From a virus (lineage: Duplodnaviria > Caudoviricetes), in IMG/VR virus record IMGVR_UViG_3300028854_000488: 64,000 bases of DNA, one strand, 5' to 3'. The translations under genes and the position numbers were made by a program. This document shows positions 36,297 to 47,219 of this stretch, piece after piece (position 1 is the first letter of the stretch; the number at the start of each line of letters is the position of its first letter). The notes under the pieces were generated by a model. It worked only from the letters and a program-made list of their open reading frames with translations, had not been told where the DNA came from and did not search any database.

Positions 36297-36503
36297 TTAA
36301 GCTAATTGTTTAGCCAATTTTTCTAAAATTTCATTCTTACCTTTTTTGAAATTATATTCCAATTTTTTTAACAATAATGTGATATCATCATTAGATAATT
36401 CATCATTGTTTTTTAATTTTTCTACTAATTCATTACCTGAATTTTTAAACCTAAATTCCAATTTCTTCAATAATAATTCGTATTCTTCTGCTGTCAGTTT
36501 CAT
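36297..36503 (-). CDS. Small protein made of two internal repeats
   Basis: LLLKKLEFRFK.. and LLLKKLEYNFK.. Confidence 0.55.
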   Translation of the reverse strand: MKLTAEEYELLLKKLEFRFKNSGNELVEKLKNNDELSNDDITLLLKKLEYNFKKGKNEILEKLAKQLA

Positions 36504-36645
36504 AATCTTTATTTTTTTTTTTGTTTATAATTATTATAGTACAAAGATATAAAAAGTTTTTTAATTATCAATAATAATGTAAACATATTTATAGTTTTTT
36601 AACTAAATAGTTTTATATTATATATAATACAAAAATATAAAAAGT

Positions 36646-38349
36646 TTATTTAATATCAATATTATTGTAATATACAAATTTTAGATTACCAGAATCATAT
36701 ATTCTATATATCTTTCTTTCTAACATTATTTCATGCTCTGTTTTATTAATATCAAATCCATCCATAACTAATTTATTTTTTCTGAAGTTAAATTTATTAT
36801 ATCTATTTCTATTTATGACATAAAAATAATTAGGATCAGTTTTTCCTTCATATTTAAATCCTAATTTTTCATATAATTTACCTTGACTAATAGATCTATC
36901 TGAGTACACTGTTATTTTATTAGAATTATAATTTTTAATAAAATAATTAAATAATTGATATTCTCCTTCTATAATATCAGTATTTAATATATTACAAAAC
37001 CTTAATAAATTATATTCTCCTTCATTTATAATATGTCTATTATCAAATGTCATAAGACTTACTAATTTTTTTTCATAAAATAATCCAATTTTAATTTTTG
37101 AACCTATAAATCCTTGAATATTATTATTATTAAGAAATTCTCTAGCTAAATTATTATTATCAATTTTTTTTATTTCACAGTCTATAGCATATATTTTATT
37201 TTTTATTTTTCCTAATTTATTTAATATTATAGATTTTATTATCTCTCTCTTATATAGCCATTCGTCTTCCCATATATGAATTAATTGTATTCCTAATTTT
37301 TCACATTCTTCAGTTTTATTTAAATGATAATTATTATCTTTATTTACTTCATTATGCCAATATATACCATTATATTCAAATGCTAATTTTAAATCTGGTA
37401 AATAAATATCTAATTCTAATGGAGATATTATAGATTTACTATTTAATATTATAGATTTACTATAATTTTCTGATATGAATTCTATAATTTTAGATTCCAT
37501 GAATGAATTAGATGACGGATTACATTTAGGACATAAAATAATATGTTCTAACATTTTATGATTAAACATAGTTTTTGAAATTTTATATGAATGATCACAT
37601 TTATCACATTTAATAATTAAATGATTATCTTCAACTTCAATAATATTTATTTCTTTATATTTATCTTTATATTTTTCAGCGAATTTAGATTTTATTATAT
37701 CACTTTTAAAAGGTGAAATGTTACCATATTTTTCTAAATTTGTGTCTTTTATTTTTTGTTTTATTTTTTCATTTTGAGCTGGATGTTCAAAACCATATTT
37801 TTTTAAATTGGTATTTTTAATTTTATTTTCTATATTTTTATTTTGAGCAGGATATTCTACTCCATATCTTTCTAAATTAGTATTTTTAATTTTATCTCTA
37901 ATTTCTTTATTTTCTAAAGGAATTTCCGTACCATATTTTTCTAAATTTGTTTTTTTTATTTTTTCTTTTACTTCATTATTTAATAATGAAGTTTTATACC
38001 CGTATTTTTTTAAATTAGTTTTTTCTGCTTTTTCTTTTATTTCTTTATTTTTCATAGGATTATCAACTCCAAATAATATATTACTTGTTAGTTTGAATTT
38101 TTCCTTGGAACATTTTTTACAACCATAATAATTATGATTATTGAAATTTTTATAATATTTTTCGATTGAAATATAATTTTCAGAATCACATTTCTCACAA
38201 ATCGCTGTAATTTTAAGTTTTGAATTTTTATTTACATCTTCAATTTTTATATTACAAGTATTACCATTTATAACATTATATCCTAAATTTTTATAATATG
38301 TTATATTTCTACTTGTCATTTGTATATTTAACTCTTTTTCTTTTATCAT
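36646..38349 (-). mobile_element. Free-standing homing endonuclease (Zn ribbon, TNLxKYG repeats, PD-(D/E)xK and Hef-like C-terminal domain)
   Basis: ELDIYLPDLKLAFEYNGIYWH; KIYAIDCEIK...LLRFCN...YSDRS..G.LYEKLGF. Confidence 0.8.
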
Positions 38350-38468
38350 GTTATAATTTGTATTTTATGATGATACCATTAGTATCATTATTATCTTTAA
38401 TATTGTATATTTAAAAAATAATAAAGTTTATTTTTTAAACTAATTATATTATAATTATTATATATTAA

Positions 38469-38523
38469 AATATATTATATTTAATAAACTATATAATTAG
38501 AATATATTATATTTAATAAACTA
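38469..38523. repeat. Two identical 23-nt direct repeats upstream of the polymerase fragment
   Basis: AATATATTATATTTAATAAACTA at 38469 and 38501. Confidence 0.6.
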
Positions 38524-38582
38524 GATATTTTTTATTTAAACCAAATCATAAATAATTCATATAATAAGAAACAATATATAAA

Positions 38583-39473
38583 ATGACAGCACAAGAAAAG
38601 AGAGATAAAATTTCAGAAGTAAAAAGAAAAATTGATGAAACTAAGGCTGAATACGATAGAGCAAAAGCTATGCAACTTGCATTAAAACTTGTAATTAATG
38701 GAACTTATGGTGCATTTGCACATCCAAAATTTGTATTATCAAATTCTCATATTGCAAATGCAATAACTGCTCAAGGACGTGATGTTATAAATTATATGCT
38801 TAAAAAGATTGAAACATATTTTTATAAAGAATGGCATTTAGACACAAAAACACATCAATTACTCGGACTTGAATATATTGCAGAAAAAGAAGGTAAATTT
38901 TATTTATTAGATAGAAATGGTGAAAATATACATTATACATATACATCAGTAGATAATATGTTAGAAAAATTAAATTATTATCGTGGTGATTTAGTTGAAG
39001 ATAAAAAAGAATTAAATGGATATAATGTATTATATAGTAGATTTGTTTGTGATTGTTCAAATGTAAAACCTATACCAAAAGATGTTCCAATAACAATTTA
39101 TGGTGATACTGATTCCGTTTTTTGTAAGACCATTATAAATACTAATGATGGATATTTTACAATAGAAGATTTATATAATAAAAATATTCAATATGGATCT
39201 GCTGGTGTAACATTAAATGGACATGTGTCAGTTAATTGCAAAGAACTTATTTTAAATTGGAATGAAGATAAAAAACTTTATTATGCGCCAGTTAAGAGAA
39301 TTATTAGGCATAAAGTTTCTAAACCTAAATGGAAATTAAAAACTAAATCTGGTGAGGAAATTATAGTAACTAATGATCATTCTATGATAGTTTTTAGAGA
39401 TAATAAAAAAATAGAAGTTAAACCATCAGAAATATTGAAAACAGATAAAATACTTTCAGTTAGAAAAATATGA
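38583..39473 (+). CDS. polB: Family B DNA polymerase fragment (motif B to YGDTD) fused to N-terminal split-intein half (39114-39470)
   Basis: KLVINGTYG motif B, IYGDTD then SVFCKTII...VTNDHSM (intein blocks A and B). Confidence 0.92.
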   Translation: MTAQEKRDKISEVKRKIDETKAEYDRAKAMQLALKLVINGTYGAFAHPKFVLSNSHIANAITAQGRDVINYMLKKIETYFYKEWHLDTKTHQLLGLEYIAEKEGKFYLLDRNGENIHYTYTSVDNMLEKLNYYRGDLVEDKKELNGYNVLYSRFVCDCSNVKPIPKDVPITIYGDTDSVFCKTIINTNDGYFTIEDLYNKNIQYGSAGVTLNGHVSVNCKELILNWNEDKKLYYAPVKRIIRHKVSKPKWKLKTKSGEEIIVTNDHSMIVFRDNKKIEVKPSEILKTDKILSVRKI

Positions 39474-39512
39474 TATTTTAATATTTATATATAGAGATAA
39501 AAGTATTGCCAT

Positions 39513-40676
39513 ATGACAAAAAGAAAAAATAATTATGAATATAATAAAACTTGGATTACTTGGTTTAATAAAAATAAAACTAAGGAACTTTATAACTATG
39601 TTTTGATTAAAGAATTGCCAAATCATAGAAAATGCTTATATTGTGATGGTCCTATTTATTATTATGATTCGATATTTAGTATAGATAAAAATTATAATAT
39701 TTATCCTAATAAAAAGTCATACTTAACTAAAAAAACATTATTAGAAAAAGATTATACTCTATCAGTTTGTGAAGATTGTTTAATAGAAAAATATCCAGAA
39801 TATAACAATTTAAATAAAGGTAGAGTTTTTAATAGAATATGTGATATAACATGCTTTGCGTTTGATATACCTAATGATATTTCTGAGCAATGGAAAAAAC
39901 AAAATTATTCAATAACAGAAAAAACACTTATCAGCAAACATGGTGAAAAAAATGGTAAGGAAAAATGGAAAAACTATTGTGAAAAACAAGCAATAACAAA
40001 CACATTTGAATATAAGAAAGAAAAATATGGTTGGGATGAGAAAAAATTCGATGAATATAATCGTTCAAGGTCAATTACATTAAAAAATATCATTGAAAGA
40101 AACGGCGAAGAAAAAGGTTTAGAAATTTGGAATAATTATATCGATAGACAAAGATATACTTGTTCTTTAGAATATTTTATTTCACAATATGGTGAAATGA
40201 ATGGGATAGAAAAATTTGAAAATTTTGTAAATAAAAGATCATTTGAATTTGGATATTCAGATATTTCTCAAAAAATATTTGATGAATTAAAAAATAAGTT
40301 AGATAAGTTAAATGAGTATACATTATTTTATGCAACTAATAATAAGGAATATTATTTTGTTGATACTGTAAATAATATAACATATATGACAGATTTATTT
40401 ATTAAAGAGTTGAATTTGGTTATAGAATTTAATGGTGATAAATGGCACGCTAATCCTAAAATATTTTTTGAAAATGATATTCCTATATCATTTTTAAAAA
40501 ATCATAATAAACCTTATTTAGCTAAAGATATTTGGAAAAAAGATTACGATAAAATAAAATTTTTAAAAACAAAAGTCAGAGATGTTATTATAATATGGGA
40601 AAAAGATTTAAAAGAAAAAGGTATATTTAAAATTATTGAAGAAATAATTGAAAAAATTAAGGAGTTTGAAAAATGA
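39513..40676 (+). mobile_element. Free-standing Vsr/DUF559-like endonuclease between split-intein halves
   Basis: YMTDLFIKELNLVIEFNGDKWHANP...IIIWE; KYG-type repeats. Confidence 0.8.
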
Positions 40677-41329
40677 AAAAATCAATTTTTATAAAAACTT
40701 ATGAAAAATTTAATAAGTCTAAATTGAATGATATTATAAAAAATGATGATACATATATTAAAAAAAAGTCAAAAGAAGGAGTTATAATATCTGACGATTA
40801 TATTGATATTAAAAATGAAATATCTAAATATGATGTAAGTAATTTTTATTATAAAAAGCATTCATATGGAATTTATATTAAACCAGATTTTTGGTTTATT
40901 GAGATTTTAAAAAAATTAAATTTAAAGATAGAAAATAAAATATCATTAGACTTGGAATTCGATTTTTCTGTTGATGAAACAAGATTAAATTTAATAGATT
41001 TTGAAAAAGGAATGCCAGTAAATTTAAAAGGATACACATTAGGATATAAATTATATAAATTGGTGATTTTAGATTTCGGTTTTATAACTTCAAATAAGTT
41101 TTCATCTTTAGATGCTTATAATATTTGGTATAATTTATTGCTGGATGATGATTTATATTCATTTACATCAAATAATTTATCAGGAGTGATTTCTAAAAAA
41201 TTATCTAATAATTATATTTTTGAAATTTTAGAAAAATTGAAATATGAAAATCTAAAATTTGATGATGAATTAATAGAAAAAATAAAAGAATTATATGGAA
41301 GTTTGGACATTTATACACAAAGAAACTAA
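40673..41329 (+). CDS. Hypothetical protein, possibly GNAT-like, inside the intein gap
   Basis: LKGYTLGYKLYK resembles GNAT motif A; starts MKKSIFIKTYEKFN. Confidence 0.45.
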   Translation: MKKSIFIKTYEKFNKSKLNDIIKNDDTYIKKKSKEGVIISDDYIDIKNEISKYDVSNFYYKKHSYGIYIKPDFWFIEILKKLNLKIENKISLDLEFDFSVDETRLNLIDFEKGMPVNLKGYTLGYKLYKLVILDFGFITSNKFSSLDAYNIWYNLLLDDDLYSFTSNNLSGVISKKLSNNYIFEILEKLKYENLKFDDELIEKIKELYGSLDIYTQRN

Positions 41330-41561
41330 TAAAATTATAAGATTTAATGTTATTTATAGTGATGATAGTGAATTTGGTACTGAATATTTATTTACAACTA
41401 ATAAATATTCTCCTATATGGTTTGTAGAAACTGAAGAAGAAGCTAAATTGGCTTATAGTGATTCAGTACATGCTCAATTTAGTATGTTCTATGATAGACC
41501 ATCAACAGATGATATTAATATAAATGAATTTGAAATAATAAAATTTGAAATAATAAAATAA
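41295..41561 (+). CDS. Small hypothetical protein inside the intein gap
   Basis: 88-aa ORF overlapping preceding stop. Confidence 0.5.
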   Translation: MEVWTFIHKETNKIIRFNVIYSDDSEFGTEYLFTTNKYSPIWFVETEEEAKLAYSDSVHAQFSMFYDRPSTDDININEFEIIKFEIIK

Positions 41562-41566
41562 TTAAA

Positions 41567-42538
41567 ATGATAAATAATATAGAATACTATTTTGATGATA
41601 TAGAATCATGTGAAATGATAGGTGAATTTGAAGATGAATATGTTTATGATATCGAAGTTGATGATGAAACTCATACATTTATTGCTAATAATATATTAGT
41701 ACATAACTCACTTTATATTTCGTTCGCTCCTATGATAAAATCTGTTGGTTATACTGGAGATGAATTAGATTTTATTTTACATATTGATAGAGTATTTATT
41801 GAGAAATTATATAATGGTTGGTTAGATGAATATGCTGCTAAATACGGAGTTAAAAATATTCATAATTTTGAACTTGAAACAATTAATAGATCAGCTTTAC
41901 ATATTCAAAAGAAACATTATATTAATAACGTTGCTTGGGAAGATGGACTGTTTTATGAAAGTATGAGTTATTTTTATCCAAAAGGTGTCGAAATTGTTAA
42001 ATCATCAACTCCTCCATTTGTGAGAGAGAATATTTATGAGTTCTTACGATATATATTTGCTAATCCTAATAATTTGGATATTAGAAAGATTTTACTTATT
42101 GTTAAAGATTTGAAAAAACAGTTTATGATGGCGAATATTGAAGATATTAGTATGACATCAAGTTGTAGTAATTATCCTATTAAAGTTATTGATGATGTTA
42201 CAGATGTAGTGTGTGTTAAAGGTGCTCACTTTGCAGTTAAAGCCGCAGCATTACATAATTATTTATTAAATAAGAATTCAGAATATAAAACTAAATATGA
42301 TAATATAAGAGGAGGGCGTATAAAATATTTTTATTGTAATCATATTAAAAATCCAATATTCGCATATCAAAGGGGATTATATCCATATGAAATATGTGAA
42401 AAAGAAGGAGTTAAAATTGATTACGACGAACAATTTGACGTAACAATGTTGAGTATAATTAACAGATTCCTCGAACCAATTGGATTGCCTACAATTAATA
42501 AAAGATTGTCAGTATTAAATTCAATATTTACATTTTGA
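41567..42538 (+). CDS. polB: C-terminal split-intein half (41567-41707) fused to PolB C-terminal palm/thumb
   Basis: YVYDIEV...FIANNILVHN then SLYISF; KKHY, KGVEIVKSSTP, YDEQF. Confidence 0.92.
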   Translation: MINNIEYYFDDIESCEMIGEFEDEYVYDIEVDDETHTFIANNILVHNSLYISFAPMIKSVGYTGDELDFILHIDRVFIEKLYNGWLDEYAAKYGVKNIHNFELETINRSALHIQKKHYINNVAWEDGLFYESMSYFYPKGVEIVKSSTPPFVRENIYEFLRYIFANPNNLDIRKILLIVKDLKKQFMMANIEDISMTSSCSNYPIKVIDDVTDVVCVKGAHFAVKAAALHNYLLNKNSEYKTKYDNIRGGRIKYFYCNHIKNPIFAYQRGLYPYEICEKEGVKIDYDEQFDVTMLSIINRFLEPIGLPTINKRLSVLNSIFTF

Positions 42539-42605
42539 TTTTTTCATATGAAAAAAATGTTGTATATTTGTATAATCAATATAACTATTAAAAATAAATA
42601 AGTAA

Positions 42606-43589
42606 ATGTTAAAACTAAGTAAAGAAATATTAACAGATAATTCACTATATAGAATAGAGCCAACTAAATCAGATAGTTGGATTCAAACGTATTTAAATCC
42701 TACGAATTTTGAAAATTTGAATACAAAAGAAAATTTTGAAGAATTTAGAAATCATGTAATTAATAATTGTAAATATAAATTAATTGAGAATTATAGTATA
42801 AACGATTATAAATCTGATTTTTATATACCTGAATTAAATTTAGCTTTAAAATTTATTGATTTATATAGTTATTGTGAGTTAAATGTAGATAAAAAATATC
42901 AATTAAATTCTTATTTGGAATATGAAAAATCAGGAATTCATTTAATACAAATATTTGAAGATTTATGGGAAATTAGAAAAACTAATATAAAATCCAGATT
43001 AAAAAATATGTTTGGATTATCAGAAACAATATATGCAAGGAAATGTAAAATTGTAATTTTTGATAAAAAAGATAATTCTTTTGTTAGTAAATTTATAAAT
43101 GAAAATCATCTTCAAGGTAACGTAGGATCTTTTATTAAATTAGGTTTAAAATTTAATGATGAAATAGTTTCAGTTATGACTTTTGGTAAACTAAGAAAGA
43201 ATATGGGTCAACACGGAGGTTCTGATGACTATGAATTATTAAGATTTTGTAATAAAATGGGTACTTCTGTTATTGGAGGTGCATCAAAATTATTTAAATT
43301 TTTTGTTAATACATATGATCCTTCTACAATAACTTCATATGCTGATATGATGTGGAGTAGTTCTGAGAACATTTATAAAAAATTAGGATTAGTATTTGAA
43401 CATAAAAGTGATCCATCATATTTTTATATAGTTGATAATGTAAGAAAGAATAGATTTGGATATCGGAAAGATGTCTTATTATCCTGTGGATATAATGGTG
43501 AATATTGGGGTGAACATGATATTTGTTATGTCAATAAATTATATAGAATATATGATGTTGGAACTGAGAAGTTCACATGGACTAAATGA
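42606..43589 (+). mobile_element. Hef-like free-standing endonuclease
   Basis: DFYIPELNLALKF, IYARKCKI, YELLRFCNK...IGGASKLF, SYADMMWS. Confidence 0.8.
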
Positions 43590-43736
43590 GGGATTTAATA
43601 AGTTAACATTAAAAATGAGTGAATTAATTTCACTCATTTTTTATTTTTAAAAATTATCATTAAATATTAAACAAATGAATTATTTTTATCTAAATATATT
43701 TAGATAACCAAAAATAATAAAAATGAATGCTAGAAT

Positions 43737-44483
43737 ATGCTAGAATATAATAAAATATATCAAATGGATGTATTAGAAGGATTAAGAAAATTAGATGATA
43801 ATAGTATTGATGTTGGTGTAACATCACCACCATATAACAAATTAGGGCTTATGAAAGGAAAAAAGCAAAAAGGTGGAGATTGGGATGGATATATTACATA
43901 TGACAATTTTGAAGATAATATGCCTGAAGATGAATATCAGAAATGGCAAATTGAAATATTGAATGAAATTAAAAGAGTATTAAAGCCTGGCGGATCATTT
44001 TTTTATAATCATAAAAATAGAAGATATAATAAAACTGAATATTCTCCATATGAATGGGTTAGTAAATCAAATATAAATATTTATCAAACAATAATTTGGG
44101 ATAGAAAAGCTGATGTGAATAATTCATTATATTTTTTTCAGCCAGTATATGAATTGATATATTGGTTAACAAAGGATAATAAAAAGGCTCCAATATTTAA
44201 TAAAAGAGATTTGATTGAGCAAAAAAGTATTTGGAGAATATCACCAAAAATGAATATTCCTCATCCAGCACCTTTTCCAGAAGAATTGGTTGAACAATGT
44301 ATAAAAGCAACTACTAAAGAAGGAGATGTAGTATTAGATCCTTTTATGGGAATAGGTACAACTGCTATTGTAGCAAAAAGATTAGGTAGACAGTATATAG
44401 GCTTTGATATATCAAGTGAGTACGTAAATATTGCGGATAAGAATATAGATTTGAATAAAATCAGAAAAAAAAATGAAATGTAA
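43737..44483 (+). CDS. DNA methyltransferase (amino-MTase, beta class)
   Basis: VTSPPYN, HPAPFPEEL, VLDPFMGIGTT. Confidence 0.93.
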   Translation: MLEYNKIYQMDVLEGLRKLDDNSIDVGVTSPPYNKLGLMKGKKQKGGDWDGYITYDNFEDNMPEDEYQKWQIEILNEIKRVLKPGGSFFYNHKNRRYNKTEYSPYEWVSKSNINIYQTIIWDRKADVNNSLYFFQPVYELIYWLTKDNKKAPIFNKRDLIEQKSIWRISPKMNIPHPAPFPEELVEQCIKATTKEGDVVLDPFMGIGTTAIVAKRLGRQYIGFDISSEYVNIADKNIDLNKIRKKNEM

Positions 44484-44707
44484 TGAAAGAGAAAGTCGTA
44501 GTAGAAAAAGAAAAGAAAAATGTAGAATTTGTTTTTGAAAGTTCAGATGATTTTAATAAATATACAGGTAAAATTAAAACTTCAGAAATAGATGCAGAAG
44601 ATTGTATACTAACTATTTATAAAAAGGGATCAATAGTTAGAAAATTAAGAAGATTAGGAATAAATGAAAATCCAACAGTCAATATTAAATATAGAGAAAT
44701 AAATTAA
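44483..44707 (+). CDS. Small hypothetical protein
   Basis: Translationally coupled ORF. Confidence 0.45.
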   Translation: MKEKVVVEKEKKNVEFVFESSDDFNKYTGKIKTSEIDAEDCILTIYKKGSIVRKLRRLGINENPTVNIKYREIN

Positions 44708-44710
44708 ATT

Positions 44711-44959
44711 ATGAGTATAAAATCAACACATTTAGTAACAAGAGAATTTGCAATAAAAGCAATTTTAAGTAAGCAACATGATATATATGATCTTACAAAT
44801 GAAGAATTATCTTATTTGTTAGAAGAAAGTATTCATAATGGTTTTTATAATTTTAGTGTTGTTAGTGAATCTGAAATACAAGATAATAAGCATAAAGATT
44901 ATCCTTTACCTTATTTAGATGATATCTATGATTTACCAGAAAGGAATGATGCTTGGTAA
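44711..44959 (+). CDS. Small hypothetical protein
   Basis: ORF followed by terminator near 44961-44992. Confidence 0.5.
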   Translation: MSIKSTHLVTREFAIKAILSKQHDIYDLTNEELSYLLEESIHNGFYNFSVVSESEIQDNKHKDYPLPYLDDIYDLPERNDAW

Positions 44960-45020
44960 ATAAAAAATCCACAATTTATTGTGGATTTTTTTATATATAA
45001 GTTATAAAATAATTTTTAAT

Positions 45021-45359
45021 ATGAAATTTTTAAAACATTATGAAGATTTAAATTCTGGATTTAACGTAGGTGATTATGTAAGATGTCATGAATTGACATA
45101 TTCAAAAGATTTGAAAAACTTTTTTGAGAATAATATCGGACAAATTGAATCCATAGATTATGATAAACATGATAATTTTAAATATTATAATGTAAAATAT
45201 GAAAATATTCCTATTGAAATATTAGATTATATAAAAAAATATTATACTAGTAACTTTGATTATACTATGCCGTTTTCTGATGCAGATTTAATATTAGCTA
45301 CACCTGATGAAATTAAAGAACAGAAAATTAAAAATTTATCTGATAAATTTAATCTTTAA
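45021..45359 (+). CDS. KHYE-head, KFNL-tail protein (paralog of 34066 and 34740)
   Basis: MKFLKHYED..VGDYVRC..FFENNIGQI..LSDKFNL. Confidence 0.6.
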   Translation: MKFLKHYEDLNSGFNVGDYVRCHELTYSKDLKNFFENNIGQIESIDYDKHDNFKYYNVKYENIPIEILDYIKKYYTSNFDYTMPFSDADLILATPDEIKEQKIKNLSDKFNL

Positions 45360-45885
45360 ATAAACTTATAATAGCATCTATTCCATTTTGATTTATATTT
45401 CTTGTACCAATTCCTGCAAACTTTTCAGTTAATTTTGGAATTCCTTCATAAATTTCAAATGCGTTTGATTCATAATCAAAATAATGCCATTGATTTATAT
45501 TTTGCTCAAATAAATATATTGGTTTGTGATTATCTATGGCTAATTGTACAGCCCAGCCTGTACCACCGAGAACTGTATTTTCTGTCTGTAAAATACCAAT
45601 GGCAAAAATTGTATCAGATTTTTTTACTTGAAACCAATCTCTAGATATTAGATTTTTTACATAAGATGATACGTTAGTTACATTTCTATTTAATGTGTTA
45701 TTTGCTATTTTAATGTGCTCATAGCCTTCTTTTAGCTGATTGCTAGATAGAATATATTTATTCTCTGATTTTGTGTTGTGGCCTTCAAAAGAAAAATCTA
45801 TGACTTTATATCCTTTTTTTATAGATTCAAAACTCCACAAAAGATCTGATCCTGTGGCACCCCCACTGAAGCATATATGAATCAT
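45349..45885 (-). CDS. SLOG-like conserved phage protein
   Basis: CFSGGATGSDLLW, LGGTGWAVQLA, FAGIGTR. Confidence 0.55.
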   Translation of the reverse strand: MIHICFSGGATGSDLLWSFESIKKGYKVIDFSFEGHNTKSENKYILSSNQLKEGYEHIKIANNTLNRNVTNVSSYVKNLISRDWFQVKKSDTIFAIGILQTENTVLGGTGWAVQLAIDNHKPIYLFEQNINQWHYFDYESNAFEIYEGIPKLTEKFAGIGTRNINQNGIDAIISLFKD

Positions 45886-46049
45886 TTTTTATCCTCCCTA
45901 TCTTTTTTTATTAAATGTTCAACATATTGTGATTTCGTCATATCTTTATCTTTAAGATATTCAGTTAGTATATCATCTATTTGTGTGTTGATTGATAACG
46001 ATATGTTTTCTTTTCTGTTTTTGACTTTTGGTCTTCCTATTTTTCTCAT
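45882..46049 (-). CDS. Small ribbon-helix-helix-like regulator (55 aa)
   Basis: Manual translation MRKIGRPKVKNRKENISLSINTQIDDILTEYLKDKDMTKSQYVEHLIKKD. Confidence 0.55.
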   Translation of the reverse strand: MRKIGRPKVKNRKENISLSINTQIDDILTEYLKDKDMTKSQYVEHLIKKDREDKK

Positions 46050-46140
46050 ATTGTTATATATTATATTGTAGTATCAAAGTTTAAAAAATGGCAAAAAATG
46101 ATATTTTTTAATTTATATATACAAATAAAAAGAAAGATAA

Positions 46141-46323
46141 ATGAAAAAGAAAATAACAAAAAGTAAAGTGGTTTTTTCCTTTGAGCCTGAAATTATTCTA
46201 TTTTTAGAAGAAAATTTTGAGAATAAGTCAAAATATGTAGAATATCTTATTCATAAAGATATGAAAGAATGTGGATTAATAAAAAATGATATTATAGAAT
46301 ATGATAATTTCAAAAAATGTTAA
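46141..46323 (+). CDS. Small RHH-like protein coupled to downstream endonuclease
   Basis: VVFSFEPEII..LEENFENKSKYVEYLI. Confidence 0.55.
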   Translation: MKKKITKSKVVFSFEPEIILFLEENFENKSKYVEYLIHKDMKECGLIKNDIIEYDNFKKC

Positions 46324-47188
46324 AATAAAAATAAATTCTGTTAATTATAAATTCTTTAAAAAATGTGTCAATGATATAAAAAAAGGAGAAGAATATGTTA
46401 TTGATGTTTTTAATTTACCTGTTGGCTCACATACTAATATTCTTGTTGAGTGTGATATTTGTCATAAACAATCATTTAAACCATATAGGCAATATTTGTT
46501 ATCATATAATAACAACAATGTTTATTGTTGTTCACCAACTTGTGCTCAATTTAAAAATATAAAAACTAATAATGAAAGATATGGTCGTGATAATGTGTTT
46601 CAAATTGATGAAATAAAGAATAAAATTATATCTACAAACAATAAAAAATATGGTGTTGATTATCCATCTCAGTCTAAAGATATAAGATTAAAAATTGTTG
46701 AGTCTAATATAAATAATTTTGGATTTGATAATGCAGCAAAAAGTTATATAGTGAAGGAAAAAATGAAAAATACGTGTAGAGAAAAATATGGTGTTGATCA
46801 CTATAGCCAGTCTACAAAATATGAAGAATCACTAGTATTAAATGGTAGAAAGGTTCCAGATTTTTATAAAAGTGATTTTGAGATATATCAGTTTAAAGTC
46901 AGAAAAATAACAAGAACATTAAAGAGTGTTATTTTTTATGATTGGAATGGTTATGATTATTATGATAATGAATATATTAAAGAAAATTTAAATCTTAACC
47001 CTGGACATTCGTTATATCCAACAATAGATCATAAAACATCTATATTTTATGAATTTATGAATAATATTTCAATAGATGATATTGCACATTTTGATAATTT
47101 ATGTATTACAAAAAGAACTATAAATTCATCTAAAAATAGAATGTGTGAGTATGAATATATTATAAACAAAAACAATAATTCTATCTAA
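46301..47188 (+). mobile_element. Zn-ribbon, KYG-repeat, HNH-like endonuclease (paralog of 53381 and 55463)
   Basis: CDIC..C..C, NxKYG repeats, W.GYDYYD.EYI...YPTIDHK...NLCITK..NSSK. Confidence 0.75.
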
Positions 47189-47219
47189 ATAGAATATAAA
47201 AATAATAGACAAATAAATA

